Positions 29,100 to 38,966 of a stretch of 64,000 nt of DNA are shown here, in pieces. Below the pieces are notes generated by a model. It was not told the DNA's origin. It did no database searches and worked only from the letters and a program-made list of their open reading frames with translations. Made by a program: the position numbers and the translations under genes. The number at the start of each line of letters is the position of its first letter. The stretch's first letter is position 1. The DNA is from Spirulina sp. (GTDB lineage: Bacteria > Cyanobacteriota > Cyanobacteriia > Phormidesmidales > Phormidesmidaceae), in contig JBIPSI010000011.1 of assembly GCA_044070495.1 (NCBI GenBank), forward strand, positions 32,001 through 96,000, written 5' to 3'.

Positions 29100-29592
29100 G
29101 ACCATGGTTAGCCGGGGCGATATCTTTCGGTTGGGCCAAGCGACGGATCCGGAGGCCGCCAACCTCTACGTGATGGAAACCACCAGTCAGGCGGGGGATA
29201 TCTATGCCCGACGGTTTGACCCAGAACGAGGGGGCTATGGCGACCTACTGCTGCTGCCTAAGGCCAGCGAATTTCAGGTCTTGGGCCATGTCCAGCGGCG
29301 AAAACCGAGGTCGGGCTGGCGCTATTGCACCGTATACCATCGGGTTGAGTGGCAAGACCAGTGGACGGGAACGGAGTTCTTTGTGGCCGAGGCCGAGGGG
29401 GCGAGGCAGGTGGTTGCCCACTCCCCATCCCGACCTGTGATACGCGGCGATCTGGCCCTACTCCAGGCTAATGATCAGAACCGATCCCTTCACCGAGCAC
29501 TGGTTGACCACCTTGTAGCCCAGGGCTGGCAGCCCGTGCTCAATCGTCGTCCCCATTGGTTTCAGGTCAGCTTCCAGCGTCCCCTCATCTAA
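29098..29592 (+). CDS. Hypothetical protein
   Basis: 164-aa ORF with normal codon usage filling the gap between genes. Confidence 0.55.
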   Translation: MTMVSRGDIFRLGQATDPEAANLYVMETTSQAGDIYARRFDPERGGYGDLLLLPKASEFQVLGHVQRRKPRSGWRYCTVYHRVEWQDQWTGTEFFVAEAEGARQVVAHSPSRPVIRGDLALLQANDQNRSLHRALVDHLVAQGWQPVLNRRPHWFQVSFQRPLI

Positions 29593-29732
29593 CCCTGTGG
29601 CCCTCACCCTAAATCCCTCTCCCAGAGGGAGAGGGACTTTGACCCCTTCTAGCTCCCCTCTCCCCACGGGAGAGGGGCTGGGGGTGAGGGTTGCCAAGGC
29701 ATAGGGCGACTTAGCTTAACTCGAACTGAGGT
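29592..29732. mobile_element. Second copy of the MITE, left end internally deleted
   Basis: Closely similar to 9341-9476; ATCTA duplicated at 29587-29591 and 29734-29738. Confidence 0.8.
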
Positions 29733-29840
29733 TATCTAGATCGGCAGGACCCCGCGAGATTGCAACCAAGCCGGGGCCAAAGCGATAAAATGCCAAATTG
29801 AGCTAGGCTGTTTTCCTCGTTCCCTAGGGGACGTTTCACG

Positions 29841-31589
29841 ATGGGCGACTTTGACCAACACCACGGGCGGTTTTCGGGACATCGAACGTCCTGGCGACGG
29901 GCGTTACCCCAAAGGCGGCGGCGGTGGCTGGGGGTGGCTAGCGGGGTCGTGGGTGGAATCACGCTTTCCCTAGGACTGGGCTGGGGTAGTGCGATGCAAG
30001 CTGCCCAAAACCCGGTGATTCAGGTGGGCATTGTGCAGCGGTTTGGGGAGGAATTGCAGGATCGCCTGGTGATTGAGGCTCTGCCGGGGGAGCAGTTGAC
30101 CCTGCGCTTTGACACCAACGGCCAAGCCCAAACAGTGACCACCACGAGGGTTGTCCTCGGTCTGACACCGACCCCCCTGCCGGAGGCCACCCTGCAAGAA
30201 CGGGTAGTGCTCAGCAACCATCGCAGCTTTGAAAGTGCCGAATATAGCGCCCACCAATGGCGACAGCGGGGGATTGAGCCAGAAATTGCCCAACCGGGGG
30301 GCTGGGAGATCTGGGCCAACCGCGAAGCCTACGATAGCCCCTTGGTGCGGCGGCTGTTGGTGCAAAACCTCAAGGACAACGGCTTTAACGAGGTGCATCT
30401 GGATAGCCGGGTGCTGGGGCAAATTCCCAAGGCCTACTTTGAGGCCAATGGCTACCGCTACCACCGCGACACCCTGGATCTGCAATCGAGCAGCGGCGTA
30501 ATTCGGGTCATCCAGAGTGGAGATACTCCGGTGAACCGCACCTACGGCGGCACCCTGCGGCTTCAGCCCAACACCTACGGCACCTACACCCTGGTGAATG
30601 CGGTACCCATTGAAACCTATCTGCGCGGCGTGGTGCCCCACGAAATTGGCCCCGGTGCCCCCGTGCCTGCCATCGAGGCCCAGGCGATTTTGGCCCGCAC
30701 CTACGCCCTCCGTAACCTGCGCCGCTTTGAAATTGATGACTACGAACTCTGTGCCGATACCCAATGCCAGGTCTATCGCGGCCTAACGGGCACGGCAGCG
30801 GTGACGGATCGGGCAATTTTGGCCACCAGCGGCCAGGTGCTCACCTACCAAAACGAACTGGTGGATGCCCTCTATTCCTCCACCACGGGCGGCGTTACGG
30901 CCCCCTTCAGCGACGTGTGGAATGGCCCCGACCGCCCCTACCTGCGTTCCGTGGTGGATTCCGCCACCGGAGCCTGGGACCTGACCCAGCGGCCCCTCAA
31001 CAGCGAGGAGAACTTCCGGGCCTTCATCGCCCTAGACCGGGGCTTTAATGAAGAAACCTGGCGGCTATTTCGCTGGAACAACGAAAGCACCCTCACCGAA
31101 CTGGCTGACGAACTGAAAACTTTCCTGGGCCGTCGTCAGCATCCCATGGCCGGATTGAACCAGGTGATCGGGGTGCGGGTGGCGGAACGGGCGGCATCCG
31201 GTCGGGTGCAGGCGTTGGAAATCGAAACCGACATCGGCGTTGTGCGTCTGGAAAAGGACGAAATTGTCCGGGTGTTGATGGCTCCCCGCAGTCTGTTGTT
31301 TTATGTGGAACCCATCTACGACACCGCTACCCAGGAACCCCCCAATGATGCCACCAGTGGAACTTCCCCCTCTGGCCCTGCTCTCACGGGCTATCGTTTT
31401 GTGGGGGGCGGCTGGGGCCACGGGGTCGGCCTCAGCCAAGCTGGATCCTACAATTTAGGTAATCTAGGCTGGAGCCATGGTCGCATCCTCCAGTTTTACT
31501 ACCCCGGCACCACCCTCCAGCCCATCAGCGATGCCCTGGTGTTTTGGCGTGACCCGCTTGTGAGCGCTGGTGCCACCTCCTTCCCCTAG
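29841..31589 (+). CDS. SpoIID/LytB domain protein
   Basis: ETYLRGVVPHEI, AQAILARTYA, LCADTQCQVY, GHGVGLSQ. Confidence 0.9.
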   Translation: MGDFDQHHGRFSGHRTSWRRALPQRRRRWLGVASGVVGGITLSLGLGWGSAMQAAQNPVIQVGIVQRFGEELQDRLVIEALPGEQLTLRFDTNGQAQTVTTTRVVLGLTPTPLPEATLQERVVLSNHRSFESAEYSAHQWRQRGIEPEIAQPGGWEIWANREAYDSPLVRRLLVQNLKDNGFNEVHLDSRVLGQIPKAYFEANGYRYHRDTLDLQSSSGVIRVIQSGDTPVNRTYGGTLRLQPNTYGTYTLVNAVPIETYLRGVVPHEIGPGAPVPAIEAQAILARTYALRNLRRFEIDDYELCADTQCQVYRGLTGTAAVTDRAILATSGQVLTYQNELVDALYSSTTGGVTAPFSDVWNGPDRPYLRSVVDSATGAWDLTQRPLNSEENFRAFIALDRGFNEETWRLFRWNNESTLTELADELKTFLGRRQHPMAGLNQVIGVRVAERAASGRVQALEIETDIGVVRLEKDEIVRVLMAPRSLLFYVEPIYDTATQEPPNDATSGTSPSGPALTGYRFVGGGWGHGVGLSQAGSYNLGNLGWSHGRILQFYYPGTTLQPISDALVFWRDPLVSAGATSFP

Positions 31590-31605
31590 CTTTGATGCCG
31601 CCCCT

Positions 31606-32496
31606 ATGTCCTACGCCTCACCCGACTTCCAGCCAGCGCTAGGCCCAGCACCTAGGGAGTGTGATTCCATGTTTTTGGTTCGCTTTTGGGGAGTTCGCGG
31701 CAATATCCCGGCTCCTGGGCCTGATACCGTGCGCTATGGGGGCAATACGGCCTGTGTGGAGGTGCAGGTGGCGGATCAGCGGCTCATCTTCGATGGCGGC
31801 ACCGGGCTGCGACCCTTGGGGCGTCAGTTGGCGCAGCAAGATCATCCAGTGGAAGCCCATCTCTTTTTTACCCACACCCACTGGGATCGGATCCAGGGGT
31901 TTCCGTTTTTCCACCCCGCCTTCAACCCCCAAAACCAGTTGCACATCTACGGAGCCGCCGCCATCAATGGGGCCTCCATCAAACAGCGCCTCACCGATCA
32001 AATGCTGCGGCCTAATTTTTTCAAGCCCCTGCAAACCATGACCGCCAACCTGACCTTTCACAACATCCAGGCCGGAAGCCGTCTTCAGTTGGGAGAAGTG
32101 GTGGTGGAAACGGTGGGCCTCAATCCCCACACGGCGGCCCTGGGTTTTCGGGTCAGTTGGCGGGGCAAATCCTTGGTCTACGCCAGCGACACCGATCCCA
32201 ATACCGAGGTCGCCGACCCTAACCTCCTGTTCCTCGCATCAGGGGCCGATCTGCTGATTTTTGACGGCACCTACCTGGATATGGCCTACAACGATCCCCG
32301 CAGCCATCACCAGGCCCCGTGGAAAATGGGGGTTGAAATTGCCAACACCAGCGGCGTCAAGCGTCTGCTGCTGTTTCACCACAACCCCTGCCACAGTGAC
32401 GACGACCTCGCCCAGCTAGAGCGCGAGGTGCAGACGGTCTTTCCCCAGGCCGCCATTGCCCAAGAGGGGATGTGTCTGGATCTGTTTGAGATTTAA
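31606..32496 (+). CDS. MBL-fold metallo-hydrolase
   Basis: RFWGVRG..P, YGGNTAC, THTHWDRIQG, LFHHNP. Confidence 0.88.
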   Translation: MSYASPDFQPALGPAPRECDSMFLVRFWGVRGNIPAPGPDTVRYGGNTACVEVQVADQRLIFDGGTGLRPLGRQLAQQDHPVEAHLFFTHTHWDRIQGFPFFHPAFNPQNQLHIYGAAAINGASIKQRLTDQMLRPNFFKPLQTMTANLTFHNIQAGSRLQLGEVVVETVGLNPHTAALGFRVSWRGKSLVYASDTDPNTEVADPNLLFLASGADLLIFDGTYLDMAYNDPRSHHQAPWKMGVEIANTSGVKRLLLFHHNPCHSDDDLAQLEREVQTVFPQAAIAQEGMCLDLFEI

Positions 32497-32517
32497 AACA
32501 GCGGGATTTCGGGGGAT

Positions 32518-33519
32518 CTAGAACTGCCGCAGGAAGCGTAGATCGCTGGAGTAGAGGCGGCGGATGTCGTCGATTTGGTGCTGCACCATGGCAAGGCGTT
32601 CGACCCCTAGGCCAGCGGCAAATCCGGTGTAGACATCGGGATCGTAGCCCACGGCTTTGAGCACGTTGGGGTCGATCATGCCGCAGCCCAGCACTTCCAG
32701 CCATTGCCCCTGCCACTGCACATCCACCTCGGCGGAGGGTTCGGTGAAGGGGAAATAGCTGGGGCGGAAGCGCACGGGCAGGTCGCCATAGAGGGCTTCG
32801 AGGAACACCTTGATGGTGCCGCGCAGGTCGGTGAAGGTGATGTTTTTGTCCACCGCGAAGAATTCGATCTGGTGGAAGACGGCGGCGTGGGTGGCATCCA
32901 CGGTGTCGCGCCGATAGCAACGGCCAATGGCCACGGCTCGCAGGGGCGGCTCGTGGCTTTGCATGTAGCGAATTTGGGTGTTCGAGGTGTGGGTGCGCAT
33001 TAGGTCGCCGTTGGGCAGGTAGAGGGTGTCCTGCATGTCGCGGGCGGGGTGGTCGGGCAGAAAATTCAGGGCCTCGAAGTTGTAGTAGTCGTTTTCGATT
33101 TCCGGGCCATCGGCGACGGTGTAGCCCAACCCCACAAAAATATCGACAATCCGGTCAATGATGCTGTTGATGGGATGCACCCGCCCCTGGGGCCGAAACA
33201 CCCCCGGCATGGTGACATCCAGGGTCTCCGTGGCCAGTTGCGCCTCTAACTTAGCGGTTTCCAGGGCGGTTTTAGACTGCTCTAGCTGGCCCTGAATCAG
33301 ATCCTTAACCTCGTTGGCCAGGGCCCCAATCCGAGGCCGATCCTCGGCAGACAGCTTGCCCATGCCGCCCAACACCTTGGAGAGTTGCCCCTTTTTGCCC
33401 AAATACCCCACCCGCACCTGCTCCAGGTCATCGAGGGTGGCGGCGGCGGCAATGGCCTCCTGGGCGGCGGCTTTCAGCGCCATCAAATCGGATTCTAGGC
33501 TGGTGGGTGCGGTGGTCAT
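32518..33519 (-). CDS. pheS: Phenylalanine-tRNA ligase alpha subunit
   Basis: [30 protein letters not shown]. Confidence 0.98.
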   Translation of the reverse strand: MTTAPTSLESDLMALKAAAQEAIAAAATLDDLEQVRVGYLGKKGQLSKVLGGMGKLSAEDRPRIGALANEVKDLIQGQLEQSKTALETAKLEAQLATETLDVTMPGVFRPQGRVHPINSIIDRIVDIFVGLGYTVADGPEIENDYYNFEALNFLPDHPARDMQDTLYLPNGDLMRTHTSNTQIRYMQSHEPPLRAVAIGRCYRRDTVDATHAAVFHQIEFFAVDKNITFTDLRGTIKVFLEALYGDLPVRFRPSYFPFTEPSAEVDVQWQGQWLEVLGCGMIDPNVLKAVGYDPDVYTGFAAGLGVERLAMVQHQIDDIRRLYSSDLRFLRQF

Positions 33520-33595
33520 CCTGGGTTACGCAGTGCGGGACAATAGTGCAAAGACGGCTAAGCTTTGACTATTTTAATGGCGTATGGGCACCTGC

Positions 33596-34426
33596 ATGAA
33601 CATCCTGGTCAGTAACGACGATGGCATTTTGGCGCTGGGGGTACGCACCCTGGCCACAACCCTGGCGGCGGCAGGGCATCGGGTCACGGTGGTCTGCCCC
33701 GACCGAGAACGATCCGCCACGGGCCATGGCCTCACCATGCACAAACCCCTACGGGCCGACCCCGTCACCGATATCTACCCGCCCGAAATCCAAGCCTGGG
33801 CCTGTTCCGGTACGCCCTCGGACTGCGTGAAGCTGGCCCTAGGGGCGCTGATGGAAACTCCGCCGGATGTGGTGGTCTCCGGCATTAACCACGGAGCCAA
33901 CCTGGGGACAGATGTGCTCTATTCCGGCACCGTGTCCGCCGCCATGGAGGGGGCGATGGAAGGAATGCCCGCCATCGCCGTTAGCCTCACCAACTACAAA
34001 GGTGGCAACTTCGACCTCGCAGCCGCCTTTGTGCGGGACTTGCTGGCTCCAGATGGACACCTGCCCCTGTCGCCAGCGCTTTTGCTCAACGTCAATGTGC
34101 CCGACCTGCCTCCAGCGGATATCAAAGGGGCAAAAGTCACCCGCCAGGGCATCCGCCGCTACCACGAACAATTCGCGAAACGCACCGACCCCAGGGGCAA
34201 AACCTACTATTGGCTGGCCGGAGAAGTCCTCGAAGACGTAGAAGATCCCGTCGCCCAGTTACCCTACCCCCCAGACCAGCGGGAGGCCATTCTCGCCATC
34301 CCCACCGATGTCCAGGCCATCCAAGCGGGCTATATTTCGATCACGCCTTTGCAATACAACCTCACGGCGGTTACTACGCTTACCGCCCTCAGCCAGTGGT
34401 TCCCGCCTGACATTCCTAGCGCCTGA
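33596..34426 (+). CDS. surE: 5'/3'-nucleotidase SurE
   Basis: [28 protein letters not shown]. Confidence 0.96.
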   Translation: MNILVSNDDGILALGVRTLATTLAAAGHRVTVVCPDRERSATGHGLTMHKPLRADPVTDIYPPEIQAWACSGTPSDCVKLALGALMETPPDVVVSGINHGANLGTDVLYSGTVSAAMEGAMEGMPAIAVSLTNYKGGNFDLAAAFVRDLLAPDGHLPLSPALLLNVNVPDLPPADIKGAKVTRQGIRRYHEQFAKRTDPRGKTYYWLAGEVLEDVEDPVAQLPYPPDQREAILAIPTDVQAIQAGYISITPLQYNLTAVTTLTALSQWFPPDIPSA

Positions 34427-34477
34427 TTTCTGGGAGATTTACGAAGAAATAAGGTTTCGATGACGGTGTTTCCTGTT

Positions 34478-34528
34478 GGTGCATTGCTTCGCGTTGACGT
34501 AGTCTCGCCTTGGCGTTAGGCACCCTAC
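34478..34528 (-). repeat. GTAG-type REP (GTAGGGTGC...GCACC) with a nested insert
   Basis: Minus strand GTAGGGTGCCT-AACGCCAAGGCGAGACTACGTC-AACGCGAAGCAATGCACC. Confidence 0.55.
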
Positions 34529-34566
34529 GATGATTTAATCCCGAATCCCCACTCCCGATTCCCCCC

Positions 34567-36363
34567 ATGAAAATCGCCATTGCCCAACTCAATCCCACCA
34601 TCGGCGACCTTGCCCACAACGCACAGCAAATTTTGACCGCTGCCCAAGCGACCCACCACCAAGGGGCACAGGTTTTGGTGACGACGGAACTGGCTCTTTG
34701 TGGCTATCCACCCCGTGATTTGCTGCTGCGGCCTGGATTTATTACGGCGATGGCTCAGCAGTTGGAGCATCTCGCCATGGAACTGCCCCCCGAAATGGCA
34801 GTGCTAGTGGGGTTTGCGGCGGCGAATCCCAATGCCCTTCAGCGGGGGGAAAAGCCTCTGTTCAACAGCACCGCCCTTTTGCAGGGGGGCCAGGTGCAGC
34901 AGGTGTTCCATAAACAATTGCTGCCCACCTACGATGTGTTTGACGAAGACCGCTACTTTGCGCCAGGGACGGGGCCAAGCCGCTTTACCCTCAGCACCCC
35001 TGAGGGCGATGTGAACCTGGGCATCACCATCTGCGAAGACCTGTGGAACGACGAGGAATTTTGGGGCGGACGCAGCTATCCCCGCAACCCCATCGCCGAC
35101 TTGGCCGAGGCCGGGGTGGATCTGGTGATTAACCTATCGGCCTCGCCCTACTCCCTGCAAAAGCCCCAACTGCGGGCGGCCATGCTCACCCACAGCGCCA
35201 CGCGGTTTCGCTGCCCCATTCTCTACGCCAACCAGGTGGGGGCCAACGACGATTTGATTTTTGACGGCACCAGTATGGCCTTCAACCGCCAGGGAGAACT
35301 GGTGGCACGGCTGTCCTCCTGCCAAACTGGGCTGATGGTGGTGGAGTACGACCTCGCCAAGGCCGACCTACTGCCGGGAACCGTCGCCCCCCTGCCCACC
35401 GACGACAACGAAGCCCTCTGGCTGGCCCTGGTGCTGGGGGTGCAAGACTATGCCCGCAAGTGCGGCTTTCGCAAAGCGGTGGTCGGCCTCAGCGGCGGGG
35501 TGGATTCGGCCCTGGTGGCGGCGATTGCGGCGGCGGCCCTCGGCCCAGAACAAGTGCTGGCGGTGCTGATGCCTTCCCCCTACAGTTCCGACCACTCCGT
35601 CAGCGATGCCCTGGCCCTCTGCGAAACCTTGGGGATTCCCCACCAAACTCTGGCCATCGGCCCGCTGATGGCAGGCTACGATCAGGTGCTCGATCCGCTG
35701 TTTGCCGATACCGAACCGGGCATTGCCGAAGAAAATATCCAGTCCCGCATTCGGGGCAATTTATTGATGGGGATTTCCAACAAATTTGGCCATTTGCTGC
35801 TGTCTACGGGCAACAAATCCGAAATGGCGGTGGGCTACTGCACCCTCTACGGCGACATGAACGGTGGCCTCGCGGTCATTGCCGACGTACCCAAAACCCG
35901 CGTCTACGCCCTCTGCCACTGGCTGAACCAGCAGGGACAGTTCCCACCGTCCATGGCTAGTCAGGACAACCCAGATGCCGAGAACTCCGAATCCCAAGCT
36001 GTACCCCCCAGTCGAGATCCCCTCGGTGCCCTCGCCCATCTGAGAGGTCAGGCTCCCCAGGGCTTCATTCCCAGCCACATCCTCACCAAGCCCCCCAGTG
36101 CCGAACTCAAACCGGGCCAGATGGATCAAGACTCCCTGCCCCCCTACGACGTACTAGACGACATTCTGGAACGCCTGGTGCAACGCCACGAATCCACCGC
36201 CGATATTGTCGCCGCTGGCCATGATCAGGCGGTGGTAGATCGGGTGATGCGCCTGGTAGCTAGGGCGGAATTCAAACGCCGCCAAGCGCCCCCTGTCCTC
36301 AAGGTCACCGACCGTGCCTTTGGTATGGGCTGGCGAATGCCCATCGCCTCCCGCTGGCCCTAG
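34567..36363 (+). CDS. nadE: Glutamine-dependent NAD+ synthetase
   Basis: Nitrilase domain (ICEDLW) plus GLSGGVDS, TGNKSE, PSAEL. Confidence 0.96.
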   Translation: MKIAIAQLNPTIGDLAHNAQQILTAAQATHHQGAQVLVTTELALCGYPPRDLLLRPGFITAMAQQLEHLAMELPPEMAVLVGFAAANPNALQRGEKPLFNSTALLQGGQVQQVFHKQLLPTYDVFDEDRYFAPGTGPSRFTLSTPEGDVNLGITICEDLWNDEEFWGGRSYPRNPIADLAEAGVDLVINLSASPYSLQKPQLRAAMLTHSATRFRCPILYANQVGANDDLIFDGTSMAFNRQGELVARLSSCQTGLMVVEYDLAKADLLPGTVAPLPTDDNEALWLALVLGVQDYARKCGFRKAVVGLSGGVDSALVAAIAAAALGPEQVLAVLMPSPYSSDHSVSDALALCETLGIPHQTLAIGPLMAGYDQVLDPLFADTEPGIAEENIQSRIRGNLLMGISNKFGHLLLSTGNKSEMAVGYCTLYGDMNGGLAVIADVPKTRVYALCHWLNQQGQFPPSMASQDNPDAENSESQAVPPSRDPLGALAHLRGQAPQGFIPSHILTKPPSAELKPGQMDQDSLPPYDVLDDILERLVQRHESTADIVAAGHDQAVVDRVMRLVARAEFKRRQAPPVLKVTDRAFGMGWRMPIASRWP

Positions 36364-36403
36364 GTAAACCCCAGTTCAGGCTAAAGCCCCCCTGCCCTGC
36401 CCC

Positions 36404-36503
36404 CTAATCCTCTTTAGAGGATTTCAGCCTTCAGCCAAGGACTTCGAGTCCTTGGCTTGGCTCCCTGGCTCATCGCCCAAGTCTGCTGAAGCAGGCTCAA
36501 GAC
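36404..36503. repeat. Palindromic dispersed repeat cluster
   Basis: AATCCTCT-TT-AGAGGATT, AGCCAAGGACT-TCG-AGTCCTTGGCT and GTCTGCT-GA-AGCAGGC hairpins. Confidence 0.6.
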
Positions 36504-36688
36504 CGCTTCGATAGAAACTCATTGCGATAGAGCCTTATATCTTCCTCTCTGGGAGAGGGGCTATGGGTATGGCTCGTTTCCCTGGGGACAGATTCGTCTA
36601 GTCTCGCTGCCTCCCAGGTCTCCGCGCTTCAAAACCTTGAATCCTCAGTATCATCAGGGAGCACTCCCCCGTCCCGTAGCGCCTGGGC

Positions 36689-37816
36689 ATGGATATTCTC
36701 AATCTGCTCACCCGATTGTTGCTGTGGCTGGCCATTGGCTATGGCCTATGGTGGGTTGTGCAGAAGCTGATCCCAGAAAAATGGCTGACCTGGCTGGGGG
36801 GAGGCATCATTCTGCTGCTGGTGGCGGCGGCATTTATTGACCCCAACGACCGCACGGTGGGCACCTTTTGGGACTTGCTGTCCCTGCCGCTGACGCCCCT
36901 GGGGGCGGCGATTACTATGCTAGCCCTGTCGTTGACCAAGGGACTGAAGAAGGTCGAGGGCAAGCTAGTGGTGGCGGCCCTAGCGGTGCTGTGGGTGAGC
37001 AGTACGCCCCTGGTGGCGCGGGGGCTTTCGGTACAGGCGGAGGAGTCGGTGCAGCGAGCCTACGAAAATCAGCAGATGATTTGCAGCAGCAACTTCTGTG
37101 CCGCCACCGATGCCCTGCCCGTGCAGTTGGCTAGGGCCATGGTGATTGTGGGGGACAACGCCGATGCCTACCGGGTCTCGAACAATTTGCCCAGCCAGAG
37201 CGACTCGGATGTGCCCCTTGATCCGATTCTGGTGTCGCGGCTCAACAGTGCCGCCGATGTCTATGGTCGGGTGGCAACGGCTGGCCCCTTGGTGACGGTA
37301 ACGGCTGGGGCCAGGGATGGCAACAGCGATGCAGGCCAACAGTTAGACCAATCCATCCGACAACGGCTGGTCAATCGCGGCATCCCCGATGCCAGCATCC
37401 GCATCATCAACACCGGGATGGACATTCGCGGCACCGTGGAAGATCAATCCAGCTTTTTGGCCGACCGGGGCCTGTTTGACCCCCTAGAGCGCGGCGAACG
37501 GCGCAACGAACGGGAAAACCGCACCGCCAACCGCGTGATTTTGGTCACCCCCGCCCTCACCATGCGCCGTGCCGCCCTCGCCTTTGAGAACGATGGCCTG
37601 CAAGTGGTCGCTTGGCCCACAGAACTCTATGGAGCCCCCCGCAGCAACGCCGATGGCACCCTGGCCCGCTTTGCCGACCTGGTTCCCAACGTGGGAGCCT
37701 TACGCATTACCACCCGCTACTGGGAAGAACTGCTGGCCTCGATGTACTACTACCTGCGGGGGTGGCTGCCCTCCTTCAGTATGCAGTGGGACGAGGTGGT
37801 GGAAACCCTCAACTAA
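36689..37816 (+). CDS. YdcF/DUF218 (ElyC/SanA-like) membrane protein
   Basis: N-terminal TM helices, ILVTPALTMRRA..F...G..V...PT. Confidence 0.7.
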   Translation: MDILNLLTRLLLWLAIGYGLWWVVQKLIPEKWLTWLGGGIILLLVAAAFIDPNDRTVGTFWDLLSLPLTPLGAAITMLALSLTKGLKKVEGKLVVAALAVLWVSSTPLVARGLSVQAEESVQRAYENQQMICSSNFCAATDALPVQLARAMVIVGDNADAYRVSNNLPSQSDSDVPLDPILVSRLNSAADVYGRVATAGPLVTVTAGARDGNSDAGQQLDQSIRQRLVNRGIPDASIRIINTGMDIRGTVEDQSSFLADRGLFDPLERGERRNERENRTANRVILVTPALTMRRAALAFENDGLQVVAWPTELYGAPRSNADGTLARFADLVPNVGALRITTRYWEELLASMYYYLRGWLPSFSMQWDEVVETLN

Positions 37817-37911
37817 GGCCTCGGCCCAGCCCCTTTTAGTTAAAAGGCCATGGGATCTGAACGCTGGGCCACATCGGTTTGACGGTAAGGGGCTGACGGC
37901 ACTTAGTAAAA

Positions 37912-37927
37912 TGTATGTCCAGCTACA
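37912..37927. promoter_or_regulatory. NtcA-type palindrome
   Basis: TGTA-TGTCCAGC-TACA; no -10 box at the canonical spacing (TATGAT is 31 nt downstream). Confidence 0.45.
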
Positions 37928-38009
37928 AAATCCTATGACTTCCCTATCTTTCCTACCTATGATGAGAGGCTGAATTTTAGTTTTAGTCCTCTTAATAGCC
38001 CCAATTTCC

Positions 38010-38417
38010 ATGAAATACACCCTTAGCCCCCTTTTGTTGCTGCCCTTCTTGGTGATGGCCTGTGATCGATCTACCCCCACCACCGCCGATCTTGAGGCCC
38101 AACTGTGCAGCAACCTCGACCAGTTTGGCACCGCCCTGACCGAATTGGGCCAGATCAACGCCCAGTCCTCCGTCAACGATCTCCAAACCGCCCGCACCAA
38201 CGTGGCCCAGGCTTATCAGGCCGTCCGCGATGCCTCCACCGCCGTAGAAGCCAGCCGCACCGCCGACCTGGAAGCGGCCTACGCCAACTTCGACACCACC
38301 GTCAACAACATTTCTGGAAGCGATACCCTAGGGGCCGCCGCCACCCAGGTGCAAACGGCCCTAGCCGATATCCAAACCGCTCGCGAGCAACTGGATGCAG
38401 GGCTGAACTGCCCCTAA
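38010..38417 (+). CDS. Small helical lipoprotein, hypothetical
   Basis: Lipobox VMAC; second Cys pair; terminator follows. Confidence 0.7.
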   Translation: MKYTLSPLLLLPFLVMACDRSTPTTADLEAQLCSNLDQFGTALTELGQINAQSSVNDLQTARTNVAQAYQAVRDASTAVEASRTADLEAAYANFDTTVNNISGSDTLGAAATQVQTALADIQTAREQLDAGLNCP

Positions 38418-38461
38418 CGTTTTCCTGGCGACTTTTCTATCACCTTCAACACACTCACTCC

Positions 38462-38483
38462 AGGGGCCTAGGCCCCTTTTTTT
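38462..38483 (+). terminator. Intrinsic terminator
   Basis: AGGGGCC-TA-GGCCCCT followed by a T-tract. Confidence 0.7.
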
Positions 38484-38493
38484 CTGGCTTTAC

Positions 38494-38964
38494 CTAGCCA
38501 TGACAGCCTTTGTAGCGTTTGCCGCTGCCACACCAGCAAGGATCGTTGCGGCGAGGAATAACGGGCGGTAACTGATCCCCATCCACGTAAAACCAGCGTT
38601 CCCGTTGCTTCACAAAGCGAGATCGTTCGTGGATTTGTCCTGGTTTGGGGTCTTGGTAGTAGGCAATAAATTCCACCTGCCCCTGGCGATCTGCGGCTTG
38701 GCCCTGCTGGGTTTGCAACACTCGCAGCCCCAGCCAATCGGTGTTTTTGATGCTTTTGATCAACTGCTGCCGCTCGTTGGGATGGCGCTGGGTGGGGTGA
38801 TGGGTGGCGATGAGGTAATCTACCTCGCCCAGGGCAAAGGCAGTGTAGCGGGATCGCATTAAAGTTTCTGCCGTGGGTGCGTTCGCTTGACCTAGAACAT
38901 AGGGGCCACAACAGTCCTGCAAAATTTCCCCCGATCCACAGGGGCAAGGCGACGCGACCTCCAT
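38494..38964 (-). CDS. ychJ: YchJ family SEC-C protein
   Basis: CPCGSG, TAETLMRSRYTAF, HERSRF, RNDPCWCGSG. Confidence 0.92.
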   Translation of the reverse strand: MEVASPCPCGSGEILQDCCGPYVLGQANAPTAETLMRSRYTAFALGEVDYLIATHHPTQRHPNERQQLIKSIKNTDWLGLRVLQTQQGQAADRQGQVEFIAYYQDPKPGQIHERSRFVKQRERWFYVDGDQLPPVIPRRNDPCWCGSGKRYKGCHG

Positions 38965-38966
38965 TC

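Noticed and set aside
36430..36460. tRNA T-arm-like TTCGAGTCC
   Set aside because: Part of a simple 11-bp palindromic repeat; no cloverleaf
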